Assembly (NCBI GenBank): GCA_013265495.1 | Contig: MU058065.1 | Span: 124,001 to 188,000 of the forward strand | Origin: Vicugna vicugna | Lineage: Eukaryota | Direction of reading: 5' to 3' | Length of the DNA: 64,000 nt | Shown: positions 11,601 through 23,825 of the stretch, in pieces | How the letters are laid out: the number at the start of each line of letters is the position of its first letter | Position numbering within the stretch: position 1 is the stretch's first letter | The notes under the pieces: model-generated | Seen by the model: the letters and a program-made list of their open reading frames with translations, nothing else | Database searches by the model: none | Told to the model about the DNA's origin: nothing | Made by a program: the position numbers and the translations under genes

Positions 11601-13458
11601 TGTGAAGCGTCAAGTCCCCTTTAAACTTGTCCCTATGGTCATCCTTTTTCTTCCCCTGGAGTATATTGCTGCTAATTAGGCCTTCTCCTAGAATATGGGT
11701 AAGGCCTGGGAAAAGGAATTAAATTTAAGCAAGTCCATTTTGTCAAGGTGGTACTTAGTATGACTCGGCTAAAAAGCTACCTTGGTCTGGGAAGTTGACC
11801 CTCATTGCCAAGACATGAGACTTTTTCCCTGCATTCTTTTTTTTTTTTTTCCTGTGTTGAAAAAGTTTTAATGTAATTACATATCCTAAAACTTTGATAT
11901 ATTTGTTCTTACATGGTGAGTGATACATAGTTATTATAAGCAATTTATAGATAATTGTCGAGGCAAGTTATGAAGATCTATAAGCCATGTCATTGTAATG
12001 TTTTCTAATTAGTTATTCCAGAGATTTTTTAAGTTTAAGTCCCCTGCCTTCTGGATGGAGGCTGGGCTACTCGGATGATCAAAGGAACAGAATGTGTGCT
12101 CTGAACTAGTTTATCAGCTATCATAGCCATTCTTTTTTCAACGTTGCTTGAGATTTTAAGTATTAGGCTGACACTTAGCATTCAAGCAGTTTTACTCATA
12201 GCAAAACAGTTGTCATCTTTTAATATAAAAGCTCACAACGCCCCAAGATCTGTGGCACAAATGTGTTTTATTGCATTGTAACTAGGACTTCGGTTTTCTT
12301 AGTTCTGCAGTCACTTGGCATTTATGCTACTTTGTAAAACTTGAAAGTGTTTCCAACGGGTATGTGTCTGGTATTGAGCTGGGCTAGTTTTCTCTCCGCC
12401 AGGGTGGTTGACTGGGTTCAGATGCTTAGAGCAATGAGTCTGACATTCGGTAGACATTATGTGTTGTAGATACTGAATGACTGAACGTGGGACCATGTGT
12501 TTTTAAACCACAGCAGGGGAAATGTGCCAACACCTCATTTATCTGTAGGGCAGAATCATACTCTGTTCAGCAGGACAGGGAATTTTTCTTAACTACATTA
12601 CCACTGTCTGACACTTGGTGGGTACTTATTGTCTTCAGTGTTTCCATTTCATTCCATAATTAAGCTCTTGTAATTACTGAACCCGGAAACCTGAAGAAAT
12701 GATAAGTGGTCTTGAAGGTAGTTGCGGGGAATCCCCGAAGACGCGAATGTTTGTAGACCAGACATGAGAGAATGTTCTGGTTAATTAATGCAACAAGGAG
12801 TTGGGAATTAGTGCCAGGCATGTACCTCAGTTCTTGAGTTACAACTTTAAAGAAAACAGACAAAAACTCAGGCCCATATAGAGCTTTTTTTCTTGAGAAC
12901 TCCTGGAAGGAGAGGCTGTCAAGGGTCAGTTTCCTTGGGGGACAAGTTGAGACCCACTGAGAGAAATAAGAGGGACTACTGGCCCCTTTTGTGGCCTTGA
13001 GGGGTTGACATTGATTTGTGCATGTGCTTTCACCTTAAAACGCATCACGTTCTTTTTGCCTGGATGTAAGTACATCATTTGTATTCCTCGTGGCTTTTCA
13101 GTCATGATTAAGGTTACCTTGTGACTCACAGACTAAGCAAAGTCACATTCTTCTGACGTCATAGGGCAGGATATGAAAGAGAAGTAAGAGGAAGACAAAT
13201 GTGGCCACCACTGTGTGCTGGGCCACGAGCCACAGCTAATGCCGTGTGTGGTAGTGGATGTCAATAATTTTCACTGGGTGGGAGACTACTACGCAAAACT
13301 GGTAATGTGTCATACCAATCTTTGGCTGAAATTTTGTTGGAAAATTCTGTTGGAGAAATATTTAATATGTTTGCTTTTCTCTACATTTATTCCTTGTACA
13401 AAATTGGAGAAAGACCAGTATCTTGAAACTCTTTGAAAAATGTTTTCTTTTTAAAAAA

Positions 13459-13600
13459 TTTTTTGTTTTTTTTTTGGGGGGGGTGGCAATTAGGTTCATT
13501 TATTTATCTTTTTTTTTTTTTAATGGAGGTACTGAGGATTGAACCCAGGACCTCTGCATGCTAATAAGCACGAACTCTACCACTGAACTATACCCTCCCT
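13459..13600 (-). mobile_element. tRNA-Ala-derived camelid-type SINE (long-tail form)
   Basis: TTAATGGAGGTACTGAGGATTGAACCCAGGACC...TATACCCTCCC with an extended tail containing AATTAGGTT. Confidence 0.85.
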
Positions 13601-13603
13601 GCT

Positions 13604-13950
13604 AGTAAAGTTTTAAGTTTTGACAAATGCTTAATGTTTTGTGTTTGCCATTGCAGTATCTTGCAGAATAGTTTCACTACTCTAAAAATTACTTGTGCTT
13701 CCCTATTCAAACCTCCTTCCTCTCCCCAACCTCTGGGGATAACCCCCTGATGTGTAGTTTTGCCTTTTCCAGAATGTTACACAATTGGAATCATATAGTA
13801 TATGCATTTATCAGACTGGCTTCTTTTACTTAGCAGTGTGCTCTTAAGATTCATCCATGTCCTTTTTGGTGGCTTGACAGTTTATTTCTTTTTATTGCAA
13901 ATAATATCCCATTGTATGGATGCGCAACAGTTTCTTTATTCAGCCCACTG
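13604..13950 (-). mobile_element. Old L1 (L1MC-like) 3' fragment
   Basis: TTTTGCCTTTTCCAGAATGT...GGAATCATATAGTAT...GACTGGCTTCTTTTACTTAGCA...AGATTCATCCATGT. Confidence 0.8.
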
Positions 13951-14024
13951 ACCTTTTATGAGATGTGTTTCTGCATGTGTTTGAAGACTTTTGTGAAGTC
14001 GGCTCTCAATTTTCCCTTAATATT

Positions 14025-14633
14025 TTTTCTTTTTAATTGAGGTATAGTTGATTTACAATGTAGTGTTAGTTTCAATTGTGCAACAAAGTGATTCAGTTAC
14101 AGCAAAGTGATTCATATATATCTATTCTTTTTTCAGATTCTTTTCCGTTATAGGTTATTGTAAGATACTGAATACAGTACCCTGTGCTATATAGTAGGTT
14201 CTTATTGTCTCTCTGTTTTATATATATAATAATGTGTATCTGTTAACCCCAAACTCCTAATTTATCCCTCCTGCCCCTTCTCTACACTTTGGTTACCATA
14301 AGTTTGTTTTCTATGTCTGTGAGTCTGTTTCTGTTTTGTGAGTAAGTTCATTTATGTCATTTATTTTTTTAGATTCCACATATAAGTGGTATCATATGAT
14401 ATTTGTCTTTCTCTGTCTGATTTCCTTTACTTAGTGTGATAATCTCCAGGTCCATCCATGTTGCTGCAAATGGCATTATTTCATTCTTTTTTATGGCCGA
14501 GTAGTATTCCACTGTATATACATTCACCACAGCTTCTTTATCCAGTCATCTGTTGTTGGAATTTAGATTGCGTCCGTGTTTTGGCTGTTGTAAACAGTGC
14601 TGCCGTGAACATTGGGGATGCATGTATCTTAGT
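14025..14633 (-). mobile_element. 5'-truncated L1, cetartiodactyl-type 3' end
   Basis: TTAATTGAGGTATAGTTGATTTACAATG...CATGTTGCTGCAAATGGCATTATTTCATTC; TSD TTT(C/T)CCTTAATATT at 14011 and 14634. Confidence 0.9.
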
Positions 14634-17600
14634 TTTTCCTTAATATTAACCATTATTAGATTTTAGTCATCATTCTGATTTCTCAAACTTTCAATCAATT
14701 TTGCAGTTCTTTCCAAAACCTATAAAGTATTCTGTATCTCTTTCCTGCCCAGAATTGGCCAACATTCCGGGGTACAGTTAGAGATTTGCTTCCTGATTTC
14801 TCCACCTTCTTCCCATTTTAATATGCTCTGTGTCAGTGTTTATTTGCTCAGTGAAAGCAGAACATTTTAGATTTTTCTATCACCTTGGAGCCACTGTGAT
14901 CACAGCTTCCTTAAGCTTTCTTCCTTCAAAGACCTAGCTATTTGGATTCTTTAAACAGTTATTTGAATCCTACTGGTAGTCTCTTTAAAAGTGATTTTAT
15001 AATGTGGCCTCATGGTAGATATTGATAAAATCCATTTTTTTTTCTTACCATAATTGTTTCCCAGGTCTCAAGGAATTAAATTCCTCCATATCATGTGAGC
15101 TTGGTCATCATCAATTCTGGACATCCAGTGGGAACCTGGAACTGATTGATCCAGCACTCCTGCCTGGTCTGGGCACAGCATGGTTCACAGGGGCAGCCTC
15201 AGGGTTCTTCCCTGTATGGGTTTGTCGTCTAGGGGACGGGGCTTTCCTTGCTTGACTGCAGAATTGTTCCTGGGCTCTTAAAGGGGCCACACTGAGGTCA
15301 ATCTGCTGATCACATTGGCTTGGAAAAAGGCACTTACTTAAGCAATTGGCTAAAAGGGGCTTGAAAAGCATGTTTATACAGAGTCTTTTAACACTTAACT
15401 ATTTTTTTGAGCATTTACTCCATTCAAGGTGAAATCAGCCTTAGGGCTTCCGTCCTAGGGTGGCTCCCACTGACGAAGGCAGACCCCCTTCCTACCCACC
15501 TGGGGTTGGAGTGCTGGGGGACGGGCTAATCAGAGGAAGAAGTGATAAGAGGGCCGGAAAAGCACAGATGTTTTGTTCAAATACCAGGACACAAAAGACA
15601 AATAGGGTCCCAGGTCATTTATGCTCCAAAGTTCTATTCCACACAGTCCTTTTTTTTTTTTTTCTTTCCCCTTTTAAACACAGACATTGATTTTTTTTTC
15701 TTCTTTTTCTCTCTGAAATGGCCTCAGCTTGTTGTGTAATCCTGGTGATAGAATTCTTGACGTACTATATCATAAAGCTTATAGCTAAGCGTCTTTTATA
15801 CCTCTGTGTGTGTGAGTGTGTGTGTGTGTGTGTATTTAACCTCAGATTACATGTGTAATTTTCAAACACATTCCCTTATAATCAGTTTTGTTTGTTGTCA
15901 GTACTTGTTGACTATGAAAGCTTCTGGAAAAGTTGTTTAAAATACAGGACCCAGGGCTCTCTTGACACACATCCTTTTCACCGAAATGAATCTCTGGTTA
16001 AAAGCTGTTTTTAAACCTGTTTAAAAATTAACTGACCTGAAATAAATCCTACATGCTTGTGTGAACCATACATTAAAAATAGGAATTTATAGCTGCTAAT
16101 GGCTTTTGTTTCAAAGTTTCCAGAAATAACGAAATGGAGTTCCACAGGTCTTTGACTAGGGACAGTCATGGTATCCTCCATGGATTTCTGGGGCTGCTGG
16201 CTTTTGCGCATTCTCAGTTGTCACCCAAGTCTAAGAGGAGTTGGTGTGACTGGACTATATTTGCATTTAGAGTGTTAGCCAGCCTCCAGAGTACATATGC
16301 TGGGCTGTTTATGAAACGTCAGCTGACAGCTGAAGAGCAGAAGATTCTATTTTGGGAACTGTCCTAAATGTGAGATTCTGTGGTTTAAAAAAAAAAAATT
16401 CAGTGTCCTACAGATAAGAATACTTAAAACAGGAAGCAGGGGCAATTTATTGCTTCCTGTATAACTATTCTTATCAGTGTGATAAGCTTTAGGTTTCGGT
16501 TCTGCTTTCCTGATTTCTTTTCTTGTAATCAGCTTCTATAAGAGGATTAAAAATTAAAAAAAAAAAGGATGGGGAGTTGAGGGGTCTGGGGAGAATTTAC
16601 CAACATTGTTTTTCCTGTCTTGATAAGGTGCTTTCATTTCCCACCACTCACGAGTATTTCCTCAGCCAAGAGAAGCTCTGTGGACGGCTGTTCACTCATT
16701 CCGTTGGCTGTATCTCTTGTGTCGTGTGCACATGTAGGATTGATTCTGTATCTGTTGTAATGCAAGGCTAGGTTGACTGTCATACATGAAAGGTCGAATG
16801 ATATTATAGAACCAGCATGGCCAAGAAAAGAGAGGTGAATTTTATTCCTGAATCTGCCACTTCCTGGGATCCACCATTCTTTGACCTAATTTTCTGGTCC
16901 ATAAAATTGGACGTAGCGAAATTTCCCCAATCTGACAGTGTTGTTCTGAGGATCGAGGAAAAGTGCCTTTGGGAAATCTGAATTGCCTTCCAAGCCTTAA
17001 GGTTGGCAGTGGTTTGAGTTTAGATCCCACCACTCCCCTTTCACCCTTAGAACACATGGGTGCTTTTGGTTTATGTTTCCTTCCTTACTAAAAATATCTT
17101 TCAAATTCAGTGGGCTTCCTTGACTTCTTGGCTGGACGAGTGTATTGTGATTGAGTGCCTGAAAAGATACATTGACTTGGATGCTTCAGTTCAGGTGTTT
17201 GTCTCATGAAGTATGGGTGTGTTGCACTGTGAAATTCGAGGAAATTGGATTGCATTTATTAGCTTGGCATAGGAAAAAAAAAAGTTCTGCACTTGGGCTA
17301 AAATATTTCATAAGCTGAAAGTATCCATCAGGGTTAAAGACTGAAATGTGTTTATTAAATTTTAGAAGGAGATGGGAATGTGCATTTATAGTTCCTGTGA
17401 ATTTAATTGTATACTAAGCATGGAAGATAAAAGTGTGACTGGGTAGCACTGAATGTTTTCGTCCACGAATTTCTTGTTGATAAATCTCTCTGTTCTTGCA
17501 TCACAGCACTCTTTGCCGGAGAGCCCTGGTGTCCTGTGCTGTGCTGGGCAGAAGGGACTGCCGTCTTGAAGGGGTGGGAAAAGGAAAGCATGAGTCCTAC

Positions 17601-18279
17601 TTAGTGAAGGAACTAGATCAACTCTTTAAGATTGGTCCTGGAATCGAAATTGTGCCATTTACTTGTCCTAAAGAAAGGAAGCTTTGGAGAGTGAAAACTA
17701 GCAAAAAGAGTGTTATTTTATTCTTGCTGTGATAAAATGACTTTGGTAGTGTTGGCTATGTTGTGATTTTAAAGGTTACTTTTTTTTTTTTTTTAAACAG
17801 GGGAGTGTGGATGTTTAGGTGTGAGCTCCTTCTTGGTCCTGACTTACATTGGTCAAAGTTACAGGTTTAGGGGGAGGATAATGACGGTAGGGTACACACG
17901 GTTGTAGAGGAGTTTACAGCAGGGTGCCCTTTCCCATGCTTATATGCACAGCATTAGTCAGCTGTCCAGAACAATATTTTCAGGGGCTCACCAGGCACGT
18001 TTGTATTCCAAAACTATTTCAGAGCATTTGGCTCCATTGGTCAAGGAAAAAGAAAATAGAGACAAAAAAAAAAAAAAAAAAACCAAAGGGTAAGTTGGAA
18101 TGGAGGAGGAGTAAAATTGCATGACCCTTTTGTAAATAGTCAACGACTAGAGTTCATGATTTGTAATTACCCAGAGGTTAGAATTTTAGTTATTTTGCTA
18201 TTTTATTTTCTAGGCAGAGTAGATTATATGAGTCTTTGTATGAGTCTTTTGAATTTATTAAGGAAAATATTAGGGCTGT

Positions 18280-18430
18280 AAGTGTCCTTAAAGCTTCAAA
18301 TGTTCATTGTATAGATAAATAAACTTGGACCCAGGGGGCGAAGTAACTTGTTCAAGATGACCCAGCTGGTTTACAGTAGTGTCAGCAGAGATTCCTGGTG
18401 TGTAATCTCCAGCTTGGTGCACTTCCTGCT
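18280..18430 (-). mobile_element. MIR SINE (degenerate)
   Basis: GAAGTAACTTGTTCAAGATGACCCAGCTGG is the reverse MIR core. Confidence 0.6.
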
Positions 18431-18557
18431 TGCTGTCCTGCGTACAGACGTGCATGTATATAATGCTTTGTCTATTTTATGTTTACATACATCTATGTTA
18501 CATATTCACATTTGTGTGTGAGCTGTGTATGTGTGTGTGTGTGTATTAGAGGTTTAA

Positions 18558-18745
18558 TTGTTCGTTCATTTGTTTCTCACATATTTACAATGCGAGGCGC
18601 TGCTCCGGATGCTAGGAATACAGCTGGGAATAAGACTTACTCCTTGCCCTCATGGAGTTTATATTCCCGTGGGACAAGCAGGTAATAAATAAACTTATTT
18701 CAGATCGTTCTGAGTGCTCTTAGGAAAAACCAAGCAGAATAGAGG
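18558..18745 (-). mobile_element. L2 3' fragment
   Basis: TTCGTTCATT...GCTAGGAATACAG...TGCCCTCATGGAGTTTATATTC. Confidence 0.7.
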
Positions 18746-20429
18746 AGTGTGTGGGCAAAATATACAATCATAAATTTATCAAAGAAGCTAAAGAGACCAC
18801 ACTCACATTTCATTTTAATTTATTATTTTTGAGGATTTAAAAAAAAATTCTATTGGGCAAGAAGCACTCAAAGTTTTCAAAGATATGTTAGGGAAAAATT
18901 GTAGTTTATGAGAATAATTAAAGGATTTGAAAGATTGCTTGTTAAATGGAGTTTCCTCTTTTATATGTAGAGTGTTTTTGGTTATTAGCACTGCTTGGAA
19001 ATAATTTATGAACCCTGGTAATTAACTGCCTGTATCTATGACTTAGTCAACCCTCACCATAAAGTTTTAAAAATGCATTTATGACTACCAGGACTCTATA
19101 AATGCTTTCTTTCCAACCTCCCATTTCCTTTCTGGGAGAGGAATGTATTTCTGTGCCTACACTGCTCACACAGGAAGGCACTTGAAACCATGATGCTGTA
19201 TTTTATACAACGTGAAAGGGCATATCTCATATAATAGGAAGGCAATCATGGACAGTATGTCTTGACTAAGATAAATGTATGCTTATTATCAGGGTGGCCC
19301 GAGTTTATTCAGAAAAGTTGGAAGACTCTATTCCATTGGCTTATGATTTTTTTTTTATGTACCTGTTTTTCCTGGAGCCATCAATGCAAAGTTCGCTACA
19401 GATAATGACCAGAGGAGTTCTTCCCTATTTTCTCCCCTGTTGCCACTAAAAGAATTACTTTCTTTAACTGCTTTGATGGTATAATGATGGGTTGATAAGT
19501 TGTTGCTTTTCAAACAGAAGTTAGGTCCCTAGCCTCCTGTGAAACTCTTAGGAAACCTAAAATGATGTGTCCTGTGTGTGGAGGTCTTCTATCCATGGAC
19601 TCCTTGGCTGGAAGGCCAGGCCCAGAAATGGCCCTGTGTTTCCATGGGGAGGCATGCCTTCCTGTGGTCTAGTGTGTGAACTTCTGGAGACACTCTGGGC
19701 AGCCTGCTTTTCCTTGTCAGTCCCTGACCATGTGAACCTGAACTGTTGTAATCTTAATGTCCATGCTCTGCATTGCCAGTGTCCGTTCTTGGCTGGGCAA
19801 GGGCCAGTGTCCTTAGCTGTCTTCAGTTTCACTGTTTGTTCATAACTCTTTCCTGACTCTACACAGTTGATTGCAATCTTTGGCATGTCTTCAATGCTTT
19901 AAGAGCATTCTTGTGGTCATAGAGTGATTTGGTGATGGTGGTAGCATTGGATCAGAATTCTAGTACTCATTTCTGGGTTCTGATTGTTTCTTCTGCTTCA
20001 TAAACAATATTGATATATATTGAATAGAGTTACATAAAATATATAAAATATGAGTGGCCCTGTTACGCAAACAAGTCTTATCATGTTGTTGTTGGAAAAT
20101 GGGTCAAAGAAGGAACCATCCACTGCCTCAGTCAGCTCTGATAACTTTAAAGAAGAATCAAGATCTTAGTGAACTTCTGAGGTCATCCAAGTTGGTAACA
20201 GCTGGAACCTGGTTTCAAATGGACTTTAAGGTCAGTAAATACAGAGCATTGCTCAAGGCAGTTTTGCCAATCAACTCTTGGCATGTTATGCAGTGCACAA
20301 AACACTTACGACTTTGATTAGCCCTTTGGTTGTGATTTGGTTTATTTTCATCTTATCAACGATTATTTGCTTGTTATGTTCATTATTATTTCATAAAGTG
20401 TATTTGCATCAATGCAACGAATATATCTC

Positions 20430-20962
20430 CATTCATTCATTCCGCAGATACTTCCCTGTTGAGTACCTCCTCTGTGACCAGATATGTTTTTGGAAAATGG
20501 AGATTCTCTAGTGAATCAGGCAGAGTAACAGGTTTTTGTCCTCATGGAGTATATATTATTCTTGTAGAAGAGATGAATGATAAGTAAATGGAAGTAATAT
20601 AATTTTGAAGAGTAAGCACTACAAAGAAAATTAAGTAGCGTAAAGTGATACAGGAGAGGGGTGGGCTGTTTTTGATAAGGGAAGTCAGAAAAGGAGGCAG
20701 TGTTTGAGCAAACACCTGAATGAGGTGAAGGAGAACATTCTCCATCCGCTTGCTGGTGAAGACTGTTCTCAGGAGGAGCAGGAGAAGACAGAGTCCTGCA
20801 GTGGGAACAATTCCGGCGCATTCCAGTGCCTCTGGAGCAGCAGAGAAAGGGATGGGAGATGCAACTGGAGTCGTAGGTTAGGACCAGATCTTGGAGGGCT
20901 TGATAGGCAGTGGTGAGTCATTTGGATTCATTCTAAGGGTGACGGAAGCACATTAAGGAGGT
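20430..20962 (-). mobile_element. L2 3' fragment
   Basis: ATTCATTCATTC...TTGAGTACCTCCTCTGTG...GTCCTCATGGAG...TTTGAGCAAACACCTGAATGA...TTTGGATTCATTCTAAG. Confidence 0.8.
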
Positions 20963-22660
20963 TACCATGTGTGCCAGGACCACCCAACATGCCGACCACG
21001 CTTCATATTGGAGAGACATGCATTCTCTGTGGAGTTCTGTTGATTAAGGCAATCAGCTGGGACCTCTTACATAGGAACCAAAGCCACCTGTGACCTAGAT
21101 TTTCCTACATTCATTCCCAGCATCACCCAGGCCTATTTTAGGGGTACGTTAAAGAGATTTCCTCTTTAGTCTTGTCACATTGCTGTTTGCTCAATCCCCT
21201 GGGATGCCCATTGGCCAAACTGGGTGACTTTAGCTTGGTCTCAGTTCCAGGCCGGTCTGGTTGCTTGGCCACACACCTGATGACTGTTGACACATTCCTT
21301 ACAAGACACGCCTACTCTGGTTTCTTCAAAGCCAGATCCCAGTTCTTCTATTAAGAATGGCCACGGCCCTTCCTTCTTGGGTAGGATCCTTGGTGTAAGC
21401 CACTAACAAGCATTCTAACTGTAAAGAATTTAATCTTCTTTTTATATATCTTGATCTGGTCATTTTTGTTTTGGAATCCATGTCACCCAACATGACCTGT
21501 TCGCATAGTCACCCTACTAGTACTTGCACGTATTTCAAAACTCTTTTTATCTTAAGTGGTTTTTAGGTTATGAGATCCAAATTTAGACTTGCTGATAACG
21601 CTTGGCTGCCAATTGACTGGCACTGAGTGGAAGTCTGTATGTTTTAGGAAGTATAGTATTAGTTCACTTTAATCCTTTAATCTTTCTGTTTGCGAGATAC
21701 TAGTCTACCCCAACACCTGCATTTCACAGCGTTCTTCCTGGGACATGTAAGACCGCTAATGGAAACATATGGCATCACTCAGGTGGAGTGAGTTAGCTTT
21801 GACTTTTATTGCTTTTTTTTTCCCAAACCGGATTTTACCTACTTCCTGGAAAATGTTGGCCAAGTTAACTTTTAATGATGTTTTGATATGCCATTTGCTT
21901 TAAGGTGTTAATTCTATGACCATTCTTGTTTGGAGCTGCTCTGGACAGCTGGCTCTTAGTGGTTTCATGGGGACATGCGGTGGGTTGATGAAACCCTAAA
22001 TGGGAGGGTGGTGGTGGGAGAGTGATTGTCGTGATCTGAACTCCTGCAATTTTAAGCATTTAGTAGGGAAGCAGAACCTATAAAAATGTGCACTAATGAA
22101 CTAACCACCTTCAGACTGTCTCCTTGCTTATCACCTTGCTGTTCGTAATACCAGGGACTATGCCTCCATCACTTTTAGTCAACACTGAAAATGTGCATTT
22201 TACAAAAGTGCAGGATTTCATGAAGTCAATGAAAGTAATGTTAAAGGATGGCTGAGACTCACATATAGTCAATGACCAGGATCAAAGATGCCGTACTTCT
22301 AAAACACACCGTAAAAATACAGGATTAGAGGGACCTTTGCGGGAAACTGGTAAAGCCTTTGAATATTTCTATAGAAATGATCCTTTTTATGATTGTTCTA
22401 TGAAAACCAAACAAGAATTCAAAGATGAAACATGAAAGGAAAATAATCCCCAAACTGAACACTTGATCATCCTCTGTTCATTCCAAGACCTTGCCAGCAG
22501 ACGCAACTAAGACTTACATTTTGTTAAATGTAACGTTAAAGAGCTTGTTCCCATATATTTTAATTTCAATATTTACAATATTCTAGTCTCCCAATTCCAT
22601 CCAACTCCCCCCACCTTTTTTTTTTTAAACTATGAAAATCAGGTCCCTGTGTTAAATTGA

Positions 22661-22755
22661 TTTTTGTTTTTCTTTTAATGGAGGTACTGGGGATTGAACC
22701 CAGGACCTCATGCATGCTAAACACGCACTCTACCGCTGAGCTCTACCCAAGCCCC
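22661..22755 (-). mobile_element. tRNA-Ala-derived camelid-type SINE
   Basis: TTAATGGAGGTACTGGGGATTGAACCCAGGACCTCATGCATGCTAAACACGCACTCTACCGCTGAGCT with a T-rich tail. Confidence 0.88.
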
Positions 22756-23499
22756 GATTTTACTTTTTAAAATGGCCTTTTTCTGGTACCAGTGATGTTC
22801 AGCTGATAAAGATATCCTGCCTATTTCTTTCAGGGATGTGGTGGAAGACAATCTTTGGCTGCCCTTTCCTGTTGTGTCCCTAAATTTTGCGAAGTAGAAA
22901 CTAGAGTTTCTCGTTGTCCCAGTGCTGGGAGGCCAGTTGGTGGAGTAGGCAGATGGCAGAATTCCGGGGATGTTTCACTGGAAAGACCATTAGTGCCATG
23001 GGTTGTCTTCAGGAGCTCATTGGAACAGTGGTACTTGCCAGCCTTGTCGCAAACACCAGGAAGTTGTTGATTCCTCAGGGGGCCCCAGGAAAAAGTCTTC
23101 CTGGCCCTTAGAGCTGGATATGGATTAATCCTGAAGACAGCTGCATCAAGAGGACCCTCCAAAGTAGTCTGTCCGACAACAAATAGCTATTCATGAAGAG
23201 CTTGCTAAGTCAATACACGTTTACATCTTAAAGGGATTATCACACGGCTAATTCCGTTTATTTCCAGAGGGAGGTGAGTTTGAGCAGATTTTTTTCTAAG
23301 AAAGGAATATGAATTGATCAAGCCATAGAGGGAGGCTGAGATACTTAGGGATATAATTGAGGAGGGAAATGGAAATGGAAGCAGATTTTCTTAGCTTTGA
23401 AGAGAACTACTGAGACACAAAATTTGTGCGATCGAGTTCTGAGTACTGTATTGATGGCGTCTCTCTAACCACCATGTCAGTGTGATAGTGCACTGTTTG

Positions 23500-23825
23500 T
23501 CTTTATTTTTATTTATTTTACTAATAGTTGAAGTAGAGCTGATGTACAATAGCATACGTTCCAAGTATATGTAACAGTATAGTGACTCAATTTTTAAAGG
23601 TTATACTCTGTTTATAGTTATTATAAAATATTGGCTTTCATCCTCACATTGTACAATATATCCTGGTAGCTTATTTTCTACCGAAGAGCTTGTACCTCTT
23701 ACATCGCCTTCCCCTGTATCGCTCACCACCCTTCCCTCTCCCCACGGTAACCACTGGCTTGTTCTCTGTGTCTGTGAGTCTGCTGCTTTTTTGTTCTATT
23801 ACTAGTTTGCTGTATTTTTCAGATT
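23500..23825 (-). mobile_element. L1 3' end fragment
   Basis: TTGAAGTAGAGCTGATGTACAAT...GTTATTATAAAATATTGGCT...CCCACGGTAACCACT...TCTGTGAGTCTG. Confidence 0.8.

Noticed and set aside
22676..22750. Near-complete tRNA-Ala-like sequence (also at ~6430, 13520, 30045 and 60332)
   Set aside because: Dispersed diverged copies with A tails and, in some, TSDs; these are SINEs, not tRNA genes.
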